DNA of 38,519 nt, from assembly GCA_049320885.1 (NCBI GenBank), contig JBMORA010000067.1, positions 1 through 38,519 on the forward strand. Reading direction: 5' to 3'. This document shows positions 15,350-24,998 of the stretch, piece after piece. A program made the position numbers and the translations under genes. The notes beneath the pieces were generated by a model, which was not told where the DNA came from, searched no databases, and was given only the letters and a program-made list of their open reading frames with translations. The stretch comes from Thermodesulfobacteriota bacterium (GTDB taxonomy: Bacteria > Desulfobacterota > Desulfobacteria > Desulfobacterales > SURF-7). The stretch's first letter is position 1; each line of letters starts with the position of its first letter.

Positions 15350-16516
15350 ATGTCTTTCGATTTCAGTACCCAAACGACCTGTCAGGAGTATTTCAGCAAA
15401 TCCCATGAAATGGTTCGCAAGGCGGTCCGGGAGTTCATCAACAAGGAAGTCAAACCCTATATCGAGGACTGGGAGGAAGCCGGAGAATTCCCCAGGGAAT
15501 TGTACCGGAAAGCAGCCGAGGTGGGCATCCTGGGAACCGGGTATCCGGAAGAATACGGGGGAACGCCGGGTGATCTTTTCTACCAGATCGCCGTCTGCGA
15601 GGAACTGATGCGATCCGGTTCCGGCGGGTTCGCCGCGGGCCTGGGTTCGCTCAACATCGCCATTCCGCCGATTCTCAAGCTGGGAACCGAGGAGCAGAAA
15701 CGGAAATTCGTGGTTCCGGTGCTTTCCGGTGAAAAAATCGCCGCCCTGGCCATCACGGAACCCGGCGGCGGATCGGATGTGGCCAATCTCAAAACCACCG
15801 CCGTGCGGGACGGCGATTATTATATCGTCAACGGCAGCAAAACCTTCATCACCAGCGGCTGCAGGGCTGATCAGATCACCTGCGCCGTTCGCACCGGCGG
15901 GGAAGGCGCCCACGGCATCAGCCTGATGGTGATCGAAACGAACACGCCGGGTTTTTCCGTTTCCAACAAGTTGAAAAAAATGGGCTGGTGGGCTTCGGAT
16001 ACGGCGGAACTTTTTTTCGACAACTGCCGGGTTCCGGCCGCCAACCTCATCGGCCAGGAAAACCAGGGATTTTACGGCATCATGATCAATTTTCAGGCCG
16101 AACGCCTTTCCCTGGCGGTAATGGCCAACATGACCGCCCGTATGGCCCTGGAAGAATCGATCAAATACGCCAGGGAACGGCAGGTTTTCGGCAAGCCCAT
16201 CCTCGGCTTTCAGGTGACGCGCCACAAACTGGTGGATATGGCCACCCTCGTGGAGGCCAGCACGGAATTCACCTATCGGGTGGCCTCCAGAATCGGGGCC
16301 GGTGTGGATCAGATCAAGGAAGTATCCATGGCCAAGAATTTCGCCTGCAGCGTCAGCGACAAGGTGACCTACGACGCCGTGCAGATTTTCGGCGGCTATG
16401 GGTTCAGCCGGGGGTATCTGGTCGAGCGTCTGTACCGGGACAATCGCATTCTGTCCATCGGCGGCGGGACCTCCGAGATCATGAAGGAAATCATCTCCAA
16501 AATGATGCTGGGATAG
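15350..16516 (+). CDS. Acyl-CoA dehydrogenase (ACAD-3, LCAD/IVD-type catalytic Glu)
   Basis: ALAITEPGGGSD, VNGSKTFITSG, KMGWWASDTAELFFD, NFQAERL, RQVFGKP, FGGYGF, RDNRILSIGGGTSEIM. Start taken at ATG 15350. Confidence 0.93.
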   Translation: MSFDFSTQTTCQEYFSKSHEMVRKAVREFINKEVKPYIEDWEEAGEFPRELYRKAAEVGILGTGYPEEYGGTPGDLFYQIAVCEELMRSGSGGFAAGLGSLNIAIPPILKLGTEEQKRKFVVPVLSGEKIAALAITEPGGGSDVANLKTTAVRDGDYYIVNGSKTFITSGCRADQITCAVRTGGEGAHGISLMVIETNTPGFSVSNKLKKMGWWASDTAELFFDNCRVPAANLIGQENQGFYGIMINFQAERLSLAVMANMTARMALEESIKYARERQVFGKPILGFQVTRHKLVDMATLVEASTEFTYRVASRIGAGVDQIKEVSMAKNFACSVSDKVTYDAVQIFGGYGFSRGYLVERLYRDNRILSIGGGTSEIMKEIISKMMLG

Positions 16517-16543
16517 GACTTTTTTCAGGGAGGGAAAACAGAC

Positions 16544-18379
16544 ATGGCGGCAGTATCTCCGAATCATAATGACCTGGTGACGTTCCGGCGTCTCTTGCCC
16601 GGCATTGCATCCAAGCTGATGCGGCTGCCGTCGGTAATCGGTGCCATCAAGTCCGCGCTGGGCGTGCGCGACGAAGACCGGCTTTCGCTGGGCTGGAAAC
16701 TGGAAGAAAACGCCGAACTGTATCCGGAAAAAACGGCGGTTCTGTGCGAAGATCAACGCCTGACCCACAGGGAATTGAACGAGGCGATCAACCGGCATTG
16801 CCACTATTTCCTTTCGAACGGAATTCGCAAAGGCGATACGGTGACGGTGATGCTGGAGAATCGTCCCGAATTTCTGATCGTTGCGGGCGCCTTCGCCAAG
16901 ATCGGGGCCATTTCTTCGTTGATTAACACCAATCAGCGGGACAAGGTGCTGATTCACAGCCTGTCGGTGGCCAAAGGCAAGGTCTATGTCATCGGCGAGG
17001 AGCTCATCGATGCGTTCGAGGCGGTAAGGCCGGAACTGGGACTGGACGGTAGTGAAGGCCTCTATTTCGTCCCGGATAAGGGCGGTCGATCCGTGCCCGA
17101 AGGGTATACGGATTTGTCGAAAATCGTTCAGGGCCAGTCCGTGGGGAATCCGCCCACCACCCGGGAGGTCAGGGCCAAGGATCCCATCTGCTACATTTTC
17201 ACTTCCGGGACCACGGGCATGCCCAAGGCGGCCATCATGGGAAACCGGCGCTGGGTCTCCGCCATGTTCGGCCTGGGACGCCTGATCATGAACATGAGCC
17301 CGGACGACGTGCTGTATTGCCCCCTGCCGCTGTTTCATACCACCGGATTCTGTGTGGGTTGGACGGTGGCCGCTTCCCGGGGCTCGGCCTTCGCCATCCG
17401 GCGGAAATTTTCGGCCACGAATTTCTGGAAGGACGCGCAGAAATTCAAGGCCACCTCCTTCGTGTATATCGGCGAGATGTGCCGGTACCTGCTGCATCAG
17501 GCCCCCAGCCCGGACGATCTGAAAAATCCCATGAAAAAATGCATCGGCAACGGGCTGCGGCCGGATATCTGGCACACATTCAAGAACCGCTTCGCCATCC
17601 GGCAGATCTCCGAACTCTATGGCGCCACGGAGTTCGGGTTCGCCTTTGTCAACATGCTCAATATCGACAACACCGTGGGCATGTGCCTGACGCCCTTCGC
17701 CATCGTGAAATACGATGTCGAGAACGAACGCCTGGTGCCGGACGAAAAGGGCTTCCTCCAGCGGGTGGCCAAAGGCGAGTCGGGGATGCTGCTGGGCGAG
17801 ATCTCCGAAAAAGTGCCTTTTCACGGGTACACGGACAAGCAGGCCTCGGAAAAGAAGATTCTGCGCAATGTGTTCAAGGAGGGTGACGTCTGGCTGAACA
17901 CCGGCGATTTTGTCCGGGATCTCGGATACCGGCATATCCAGTTCAGCGACCGATTGGGTGACACCTTCCGCTGGAAAGGGGAAAACGTTTCCACCACGGA
18001 AGTGGAACAGATCATCAACACGCTGCCCCAGGTGAACCAGGCGGCCGTCTACGGCGTCGCCATCCCTAAAACGGATGGACGGGCCGGTATGGCCGCCATT
18101 GTCCCGGCCGTTCCGCCGGATGCCTTCGACCTGAAGGCCCTGGCCGAGGCGTTGCACAAGGCGCTGCCAGCCTACGCCGTGCCGAAATTCATCCGGTTCA
18201 AGCAGGAAATCGAGGTTACCCCGACATTCAAAGTGAAAAAGGCGCTGCTCAGCAAGGAGGGGATCGATTCCGGTCCGGCCGAGGACCGCCTTTTCGCTTT
18301 GTTGCCGGGACAGAAAGAATATATTCCGTTGACGCCGGGCATTCTTGAGGAAATCGCCGACGGTCAATACAGATTTTAA
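16544..18379 (+). CDS. (Very) long-chain acyl-CoA synthetase, FATP/FadD6/AtuH-type
   Basis: YIFTSGTTGMPKAA, LPLFHT, YIGEMCRYL, GNGLRPDIW, ELYGATE, WLNTGD, and the FATP signature DRLGDTFRWKGENVSTTEVE. Confidence 0.93.
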   Translation: MAAVSPNHNDLVTFRRLLPGIASKLMRLPSVIGAIKSALGVRDEDRLSLGWKLEENAELYPEKTAVLCEDQRLTHRELNEAINRHCHYFLSNGIRKGDTVTVMLENRPEFLIVAGAFAKIGAISSLINTNQRDKVLIHSLSVAKGKVYVIGEELIDAFEAVRPELGLDGSEGLYFVPDKGGRSVPEGYTDLSKIVQGQSVGNPPTTREVRAKDPICYIFTSGTTGMPKAAIMGNRRWVSAMFGLGRLIMNMSPDDVLYCPLPLFHTTGFCVGWTVAASRGSAFAIRRKFSATNFWKDAQKFKATSFVYIGEMCRYLLHQAPSPDDLKNPMKKCIGNGLRPDIWHTFKNRFAIRQISELYGATEFGFAFVNMLNIDNTVGMCLTPFAIVKYDVENERLVPDEKGFLQRVAKGESGMLLGEISEKVPFHGYTDKQASEKKILRNVFKEGDVWLNTGDFVRDLGYRHIQFSDRLGDTFRWKGENVSTTEVEQIINTLPQVNQAAVYGVAIPKTDGRAGMAAIVPAVPPDAFDLKALAEALHKALPAYAVPKFIRFKQEIEVTPTFKVKKALLSKEGIDSGPAEDRLFALLPGQKEYIPLTPGILEEIADGQYRF

Positions 18380-18409
18380 CAGGCAGATGCAAAATACAAA
18401 GGAGACAGT

Positions 18410-19555
18410 ATGAGCCAGCGAGTTGCTGTTTGCGCTGTTGCGCAGATCAAGAACGAGGCGGACATCTGGTACCAGCGTTTCCAGGGGATGCTGTTCGACT
18501 GTGTCGAATCCATCGTCCGTCAAACCGGGGTGACCTTCGATATGGACAAGGGTATCCGCAACGTGGTCACCTGTTCCGACGATGTGTTCGACGCCCGCAC
18601 CATCTCGGACAACGGCATGACCGATGTGGTCGGCGCCCATTACCGCGGGGAGGAAAAAACCGCCCAGGACGGAATCAACGCCCTGGGATACGCCATGGCC
18701 ATGATTCTGTCCGGACATGACGATCTGGTGCTGATTACGGGACACTGCAAGGAGTCCCAGTCCGAAAGCCGCAGGATGTGCACCAATCTGGCCTTCGATC
18801 CTTTTTATACCCGGCCCCTGGGACTGGATTTCTGGAATGCCGGGGCTTTTCAAGCCAGGGCCTATATGGCCAAGGCCGGACTGACCGACGAGCACCTGGC
18901 CAGGATCGTGGTGCGGGCGAGACAAAATGGCGCGGCCAATCCCCATGCCCGGGAAAACGAACCGGTCACCCTGGAAGAGGTGATGAAAAGCCCCCTGCTG
19001 GCCGATCCCATCCGGGAGCTGCATTGTCACCCGGTGACGGATTGGGCTGTCGGCATGCTGTTATGTTGTGAAGAGCGTGCCCGGGAATTCACCGACAAGC
19101 CGGTCTGGATCACCGGATTCGGCAGCTGCATGGACAGTTATTTCCTGGGAGACCGGGATCTGGCCGCGAATTTCGCTCTGAAGAAAGCCGCTGCAAGGGC
19201 GTATCAAATGGCCGGGGTGACGGACCCGAAAACCGCCTTCGACGTCGTTGAATTGAATGACGCCTGCGCCTACCAGCTGCCCCTGTGGGCCGAAGGAACG
19301 GGGCTCGTGGAGGAAGGACAAGGCGCCTCCTGGATCGAGAAAGGCGGCATGGAGCGCCAGCATGTCAATCTCTCCGGCGGTATGCTGAACGGCAATCCCA
19401 TCATGCTGGGCGGCCTGGCCCGCGCCACGGAAGCGGTGCTGCAACTGAAGGGAGAGGCCGGCAAGCGCCAGGTGCAAGGCGCCCGGAAGGCTCTGGCCCA
19501 TGGCACCACCGGGCCGGCGGGTCAACATCATGCAGTGATAATCCTTGAAAAATAA
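18410..19555 (+). CDS. Non-canonical thiolase-fold protein, Ltp4-like (module 2; paralog of 8789-9961)
   Basis: Shares SDDxFDARTISxNGMTDV, GHCKESQ, AFDPFxTRPxGLDF, GDRDLAxNFALKKAA, VNLSGGML and GPAGQxH with the module 1 copy. Confidence 0.87.
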   Translation: MSQRVAVCAVAQIKNEADIWYQRFQGMLFDCVESIVRQTGVTFDMDKGIRNVVTCSDDVFDARTISDNGMTDVVGAHYRGEEKTAQDGINALGYAMAMILSGHDDLVLITGHCKESQSESRRMCTNLAFDPFYTRPLGLDFWNAGAFQARAYMAKAGLTDEHLARIVVRARQNGAANPHARENEPVTLEEVMKSPLLADPIRELHCHPVTDWAVGMLLCCEERAREFTDKPVWITGFGSCMDSYFLGDRDLAANFALKKAAARAYQMAGVTDPKTAFDVVELNDACAYQLPLWAEGTGLVEEGQGASWIEKGGMERQHVNLSGGMLNGNPIMLGGLARATEAVLQLKGEAGKRQVQGARKALAHGTTGPAGQHHAVIILEK

Positions 19556-19565
19556 GGGGAGATAT

Positions 19566-20777
19566 ATGGGAACCAGGAAAAAACAAAGAAATGTCGGCAT
19601 CGTGGGAATCGGTGAGACCAAGTTTTCCAGCCACCGGGAGGACGTCAACCAGCCGGAAATGATTCATGAGGCGGTGCGGCAGGCCCTGGACGACGCCGGC
19701 TTGACCATGGACGATATCGATTGCGTGGTCCACGGCAACATGGAACTGTTCGAAATGGTGCACCAGCCGGACCTGTGGCACACCCTGGGCAGCGGGGCAT
19801 ACGGCAAGACCGCCTTCCGCCTGACCACCGGCGGCACCACCGGCGGCACTCTGGTGGCGGCAGCCGACAACCTGGTGGCCTCCGGTATGTACGACACGGT
19901 GCTGGCCATCGGATTCGAAAAACTGCAGGAAGGCCATACCACCGGCGGCATCACCAACATGGCGGACCCGCTGTGGGCCCGCAAACTGCAATCCGGCGCG
20001 CTCACCGATTCGGCGGCGGTGAAGGTCATCGCGGAATTCGGTGAAGAGCGGGCCCGCAGGGCCGCCATGATGTATCGGATCATCATGGACAAACATGCCT
20101 GCCTGAATCCCAATTCCCATCGGGCCTTCGGTCTGGAATGGGATCAACTGGAAGACCTGATGAAGAACTCCCCGCCCTTGATCGGCGATCTGCGCCTGAT
20201 TCATATGTGCTCACAGTCGGACGGAGCCTGCGCCATGATATTCGCGGCGGAGGAAAAGGCCAAAAAGATCACCGGAAATCCGGTCTGGATCCGGGATCAC
20301 ATCACCGTACACCGGGAGGAGACCCTGAATCTCTGCAACAATTACTATCCGAACGAAACCACCCATCGCTTTGCAGCGGAAACCCTCTACAAACGAAACG
20401 GGATCGAAAATCCGCTGGAATATTTCGACGTATTCGAAATGTACGACCCATCCGCCTGGTGGGGTCTGGACTGGATCCGGGATTTTTTCCTGCTGGAAGG
20501 GGATGAACACTTGAAACTGGTGGAGCAGAAGGAAATCATGAAGGACGGCAGGATGCCGATCAATCCTTCCGGCGGCGTCATCGCCGCCAATCCCATCGGC
20601 GCCACGGCCATGGTGCGTGTGGCCGAAGCCGCCAAACAGGTCCGCGGCAACGCCGGGCCGCATCAGATATCTCGTCCCGTGAAGCATGCCATGGCCTCCT
20701 CCTTCGGCGGGACCATGTGGACGGTGCTGTTTCTACTGGAGAAGGATTTAAACTGGCAGGGGGGGAACCATGACTGA
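19566..20777 (+). CDS. Non-canonical thiolase-fold protein, Ltp3-like putative aldolase subunit (module 2; paralog of 9974-11158)
   Basis: Blocks identical to module 1: DCVVHGNMELFEMVHQPDLWHTLGSGA, GFEKLQEGHTTGGITNMADPLWAR, HMCSQSDGAC, FEMYDPS, FGGTMWTVLFLL. ATG 19566 follows GGGGAG. Confidence 0.87.
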   Translation: MGTRKKQRNVGIVGIGETKFSSHREDVNQPEMIHEAVRQALDDAGLTMDDIDCVVHGNMELFEMVHQPDLWHTLGSGAYGKTAFRLTTGGTTGGTLVAAADNLVASGMYDTVLAIGFEKLQEGHTTGGITNMADPLWARKLQSGALTDSAAVKVIAEFGEERARRAAMMYRIIMDKHACLNPNSHRAFGLEWDQLEDLMKNSPPLIGDLRLIHMCSQSDGACAMIFAAEEKAKKITGNPVWIRDHITVHREETLNLCNNYYPNETTHRFAAETLYKRNGIENPLEYFDVFEMYDPSAWWGLDWIRDFFLLEGDEHLKLVEQKEIMKDGRMPINPSGGVIAANPIGATAMVRVAEAAKQVRGNAGPHQISRPVKHAMASSFGGTMWTVLFLLEKDLNWQGGNHD

Positions 20778-21618
20778 ATACTTCGGAGTGAAAATTGCTG
20801 ATATCTTTGGCTCCATGGCGGATCGTTTCCGTCCGGAGGGAGCCGCGGGCGTTTCCCGGTCGTACGGCTACGACATCAAGGACCACGGGAAATGGAAACT
20901 GACCATTGCCGATGGAAAAATGGCGCTTTCGGAAACCAGCGACCTCGCGGGTTGCGACGTGATTGCCAGCATGGACGGCAAGACGTTCGTCGGACTCAAC
21001 ATCGGCAAGGTCGACGGCATGGAAGCCTTCACCTCGCGCAAATTGACGGTCAAGGGGGATTTCGCCCTGTTCGGGCAGACCAGTCGTTTTTTCCACAAAT
21101 TCGTCGTTCCGGGGCAGACGACGGTCCAGGAACAGGAACTCCTCGTCCTCAAAAAAACCATCTCCGTCAACCAGCGGTTCGCCACCGGACCGGTGATGGG
21201 TAAGTTTCTGAAGGCCCTGCGGGACAAGAAAATTCTGGCCATCAAATGCCCGGTCTGCGGCCGGCTTCAGTCCCCGCCCAGGGAAGTCTGCGCCATCTGC
21301 CGGGTCCGCAACACCGAATGGGTGGAGATCGGACCCAAGGGGGAAATGCGCATGCTGGAGTACTGCTATTACGCCAGCCCGGCCCCGCTGACGGGCGAAA
21401 CCCGGGAAACGCCTTACGGCGCCATCGGCATTCTGCTGGACGGTTGCAAGGGTGAAGAAGTTTTCTGGCATTTGCTGCGTCCCGACCAGTTGAAGAAGGT
21501 GAAAATGGGTATTGTGTTGGGCGACAAGGTCGTCCACGGAACCCGCCTGCGGCCGGTATGGTCGGAAAAGCGTACCGGCAGCATCGATGACATCAAATAT
21601 TTTGAAATCGACGAATAG
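20770..21618 (+). CDS. SCP2 + Zn-ribbon/OB-fold (DUF35) fusion
   Basis: ADIFGSM...VDGMEAFTSRKLTVKGD (SCP2), then TGPVMGKFL, CPVCGRLQSPPREVCAIC and GETRETPY. Colinear with the C-terminal part of the 1005-aa fusion. Confidence 0.9.
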   Translation: MTEYFGVKIADIFGSMADRFRPEGAAGVSRSYGYDIKDHGKWKLTIADGKMALSETSDLAGCDVIASMDGKTFVGLNIGKVDGMEAFTSRKLTVKGDFALFGQTSRFFHKFVVPGQTTVQEQELLVLKKTISVNQRFATGPVMGKFLKALRDKKILAIKCPVCGRLQSPPREVCAICRVRNTEWVEIGPKGEMRMLEYCYYASPAPLTGETRETPYGAIGILLDGCKGEEVFWHLLRPDQLKKVKMGIVLGDKVVHGTRLRPVWSEKRTGSIDDIKYFEIDE

Positions 21619-21629
21619 AGGAAACAGCC

Positions 21630-22100
21630 ATGAGAGAAAACTTTGACACCACCGATTGCTATACAATCGAAGGCAAGCTGGCGCTGCCCTATACGTATTT
21701 CGCCGGCCGGGTGGGGAGCACGTTCATCACCACCATCCGGGATCAGAAGAAAATCATGGGAGTCAAGTGCCGGCGCTGCGACAAGGTCTTCGTTCCGCCA
21801 CGCCAGACCTGCGAACGCTGCATGGAAGACATCCGCAACAACTGGGTGGATTTGAAAAACACCGGAAAGCTGGTGAATTTCACCGTGGTGCGCTATGATG
21901 ACAAACACCTGCCCCGCAAGGCACCGTTCATTCTGGGCCTGATCCTGCTGGAAGGAGCGGATACGCCCATGGTGCATGTGGTGGAAGGGATCGGTTCCGA
22001 TCAGGTGAAAATCGGCATGGGGGTGCGGGCGGTTTTCAGTGCCAAGACGACCAATACCATTCTCGATATCGATCATTTCGAGCCGGTGGGGGATAAATAG
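21630..22100 (+). CDS. Zn-ribbon/OB-fold (DUF35) protein
   Basis: GKLALPYTYFAGR, CRRCDKVFVPPRQTCERC, GADTPMVH, DIDHF. Paralog of the N-terminal half of 14267-15166. Confidence 0.9.
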   Translation: MRENFDTTDCYTIEGKLALPYTYFAGRVGSTFITTIRDQKKIMGVKCRRCDKVFVPPRQTCERCMEDIRNNWVDLKNTGKLVNFTVVRYDDKHLPRKAPFILGLILLEGADTPMVHVVEGIGSDQVKIGMGVRAVFSAKTTNTILDIDHFEPVGDK

Positions 22101-22171
22101 GACAAGCTATATAGGCTGTAAGTTATTGGCTGGTGCGGCTGACAGCCGCGCCAGCAGGAAAGGGAGGTACC

Positions 22172-22975
22172 ATGGGTCTTGTTTATGAAAAAAAGGACGG
22201 GATTGCCTATCTGACCCTCAACCGGCCGGAGGCCCACAACGCCATCGACCCGGAGACCGTGTTGGAATTGATCCGGGCCTGGGAGGACTATCGGGACGAT
22301 GACGGCATGCGCTGCGCCATCATCACCGGTTCGGGGGAGCAGACGTTCTGCTCGGGGGCCGATTTGGGGAAACTGATTCCCCTTTTTACCGGCGCGAAGA
22401 AAGCGGAAACCGAAGCGGACAAGCAGATTCAGAAGAATCCGCTGCTGGCCCAGAAGGCGCTGCTGCGCGATTTCGAGCTGTACAAGCCGGTCATTGCCGC
22501 CGTCAACGGCCATGCCATCGCCGGCGGCATGGAATTGCTGTATTCCACCGACCTGCGGGTGGCTGCCGAGGGGGCGCGTTTCGGCCTGCAGGAAGTCAAG
22601 TGGTCCATTTTCCCCATGGGCGGCTCCAGCGTCAAACTGCCCCGCCAGCTGCCCTATGCCCGGGCCATGGAGATACTGCTCACCGGCGAATTGATGACCG
22701 CGGAGGAGGCCCTGAGGCACGGTTTCGTCAACCGGGTGGTTCCCCAGGCCCAACTCATGGCGGAAGCGGAACGGTATGCCCGCCTGATCGCGGCCAACGG
22801 CCCCCTGGCGGTGACGGCCATCAAGAAGGCCGTATTGACCAATATCGGGCTGACCATCCATGACGGCCTGGCCAAGGAAATGGAAATCGCCATTCCGGTG
22901 TTTTTGAGCGAGGACGCCAAGGAGGGGCCGCGGGCCTTCAAGGAGAAACGGGCGCCGCAATTCAAGGGGAAATAG
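22172..22975 (+). CDS. Crotonase-family enoyl-CoA hydratase (EchA19-like)
   Basis: LTLNRPEAHNA, FCSGADL, KPVIAAVNGHAIAGGME, FGLQEVKWSIFPMGGS (both catalytic Glu present), VFLSEDAKEGPRAFKEKR. ATG 22172 follows GGGAGG. Confidence 0.92.
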   Translation: MGLVYEKKDGIAYLTLNRPEAHNAIDPETVLELIRAWEDYRDDDGMRCAIITGSGEQTFCSGADLGKLIPLFTGAKKAETEADKQIQKNPLLAQKALLRDFELYKPVIAAVNGHAIAGGMELLYSTDLRVAAEGARFGLQEVKWSIFPMGGSSVKLPRQLPYARAMEILLTGELMTAEEALRHGFVNRVVPQAQLMAEAERYARLIAANGPLAVTAIKKAVLTNIGLTIHDGLAKEMEIAIPVFLSEDAKEGPRAFKEKRAPQFKGK

Positions 22976-22980
22976 GCGAA

Positions 22981-23001
22981 AATTACGAATTACGAATTAG
23001 G
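22981..23001. repeat. Heptamer tandem repeat AATTACG x3
   Basis: aattacg-aattacg-aattagg immediately after the hydratase stop. Confidence 0.75.
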
Positions 23002-23060
23002 AATGGCGGTATGCTGGCAGTTGCAGGGGGTAGGCCTACTATAAAAAGGGAGGGCGGGTG

Positions 23061-24986
23061 ATGGCGACACAATACAAGGGCTATGCCGGTAAGATGCTGG
23101 ACGTGGATCTCACTTCCGGCAGGATCGGAGAATATCCGCTGTCGGATGTGGATCGGGAGCGGTTTTTGGGAGGGCGCTTTCTCAGCACCAAGATTCTCTG
23201 GGATGAACTGACCCCGGGTGTCGATCCCCTGTCGCCCGAGAATATCCTGGTGGTGATGACGTCGCCCCTCACCGGTACCGGCGCGCCATCCAGCAGCCGC
23301 TACGATATCTCCTCCCGCAGTCCGCTCACCGGCGGGATCGGGCATTCCAACAGCGGTGGCAATTTCGGGATTCATCTGAAGCGCGCCGGCTGGGACGGCA
23401 TCGTGATCCGCGGCCGGGCGGAGAAGCCGGTGTTTCTCGAAATCCGGGAAGACCAGGTTCAGATCCGCGACGCCGGCCATATCTGGGGCCTGGACACCAT
23501 GGCGGCCCAGGAGGCCATGGGCAAGGGCGGGACCATGGCCATCGGCCCGGCCGGGGAAAACCTGGTGAAATACGCCACCATCGCCTCCCAGGAACGGATG
23601 CACGGCCGAACCGGCATGGGCGCGGTCATGGGCTCCAAGAATCTCAAAGGGATGGTGGCCGGCGGCAGCAAGAAGATCGAGCTGCATGACCGAGAGAAAT
23701 TCAAGGAAGGGGTCAAGAAATGGGTGGGCATGCTGACCCGGCATCCGGCCACCGGCGAGTTCGCCCCGCGGTTCGGCACGTCCGGGTTTCTGACGTCCCT
23801 GTCGATCCACAACGCCCTGCCGACGAAAAATTTTTCCACCGGGACTTTCAAGGACGCCTACATGATCGGCGGAGAGCGCCTGGCCAACGAATTCCTGGTG
23901 AAGAACTACGGCTGCATCTCCTGCCCGATCCGCTGCGGCCGGGTGGTGAAGATCGACGGCAAGGAGGTCAAGGGCCCGGAATACGAGATTCTGTGCCTGA
24001 TGGGCTCCAACCTGATGATCAACGACATGGACGCCATCATCCGCTGGAATTACGAACTCGACCTCCTTGGGATCGACACCATCACCGTGGGGAACGTACT
24101 GGGATTCGCCGCGGAGTTGAATGAAAAGGGCTTGTGGAGAAACGGGATCGAATTCGGCAAAACGGAAAATATCTCCCAATTGCTCAGCGACATCGCCCAT
24201 CGCCGGGGGGTGGGCGATGACCTGGCCGAAGGTGTCCGCTTCCTGTCCGAAAAATATGGCGGCAAGGATTTCGCCGCCCACGTGAAGGGCCTCGAAATCG
24301 CCGCCTATGAACCGCGGGCCTGCGTGGGGCACGCCCTGGGCTATGCCACCGCCAGCCGCGGCGCCTGCCATCTGGACGGAGGGTATATGGTGTATCTGGA
24401 AGTCAGCGGACCCATGACCCTCGATCCTTTCCATTTCCGTTCAAAACCGGGCTGGGTGATTTTGGATCAGGATCTGATGGCGGCGGTGAGCGCCGGAGGC
24501 AACTGCCTGTTCACCTCCTGGACCTTCGTGCCTGGGTTCGCGTATGCGTTGCCCGGCCACCGGATTCTCTCCCTGATCGTCAGCAAGGTGCTGACCTATA
24601 CATGGCCGGTGATCGACATGCTGCTGAAGGTGCCGCCTTTTCTGATGAAATTTCACCTGCCGCTTTTGCCCCATTCCAAATTCATCAAGCTGGCCACCGG
24701 CATGAAGATGGATTACGGCCGTTTTCTGCGGGCCGGGGCCAGGGGGTATACCCTGGAGAGAATGTTCAATCTGCGGGAAGGGATCGGCAAGGAACAGGAT
24801 TCACTCGCCAGGCGCTTTACGGATGATCAGCTGATTGCCGGCAATACAAAAAGCCGTGTTCCGCTGGGGAAAATGCTGCCGAAATATTACAAACTGCGGG
24901 GCTGGGATGAAAACGGGATCCCCAGTCCCGGGACGTTGAAGCGGCTCAACCTTGATTTCGCGAATCTGGAATCGAACGGTCGATAG
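23061..24986 (+). CDS. aor: Aldehyde:ferredoxin oxidoreductase (tungstopterin AOR family)
   Basis: GYAGKMLDVDL, RSPLTGG, SNSGG, IGPAGENLV, GRTGMGAVMGSKNLK, Fe-S motif CISCPIRC, GPEYE, VKGLE..AYEPR, RGACH, GNCLF, YYKLRGWDENGIP. Alternative GTG start at 23058. Confidence 0.93.
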   Translation: MATQYKGYAGKMLDVDLTSGRIGEYPLSDVDRERFLGGRFLSTKILWDELTPGVDPLSPENILVVMTSPLTGTGAPSSSRYDISSRSPLTGGIGHSNSGGNFGIHLKRAGWDGIVIRGRAEKPVFLEIREDQVQIRDAGHIWGLDTMAAQEAMGKGGTMAIGPAGENLVKYATIASQERMHGRTGMGAVMGSKNLKGMVAGGSKKIELHDREKFKEGVKKWVGMLTRHPATGEFAPRFGTSGFLTSLSIHNALPTKNFSTGTFKDAYMIGGERLANEFLVKNYGCISCPIRCGRVVKIDGKEVKGPEYEILCLMGSNLMINDMDAIIRWNYELDLLGIDTITVGNVLGFAAELNEKGLWRNGIEFGKTENISQLLSDIAHRRGVGDDLAEGVRFLSEKYGGKDFAAHVKGLEIAAYEPRACVGHALGYATASRGACHLDGGYMVYLEVSGPMTLDPFHFRSKPGWVILDQDLMAAVSAGGNCLFTSWTFVPGFAYALPGHRILSLIVSKVLTYTWPVIDMLLKVPPFLMKFHLPLLPHSKFIKLATGMKMDYGRFLRAGARGYTLERMFNLREGIGKEQDSLARRFTDDQLIAGNTKSRVPLGKMLPKYYKLRGWDENGIPSPGTLKRLNLDFANLESNGR

Positions 24987-24998
24987 AGGAGGATGAGG

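Noticed and set aside
15302..19030. 1242-aa minus-strand ORF
   Set aside because: Antisense shadow of three well-supported + strand genes. Long stop-free reverse frames are expected with GC-rich codon bias.
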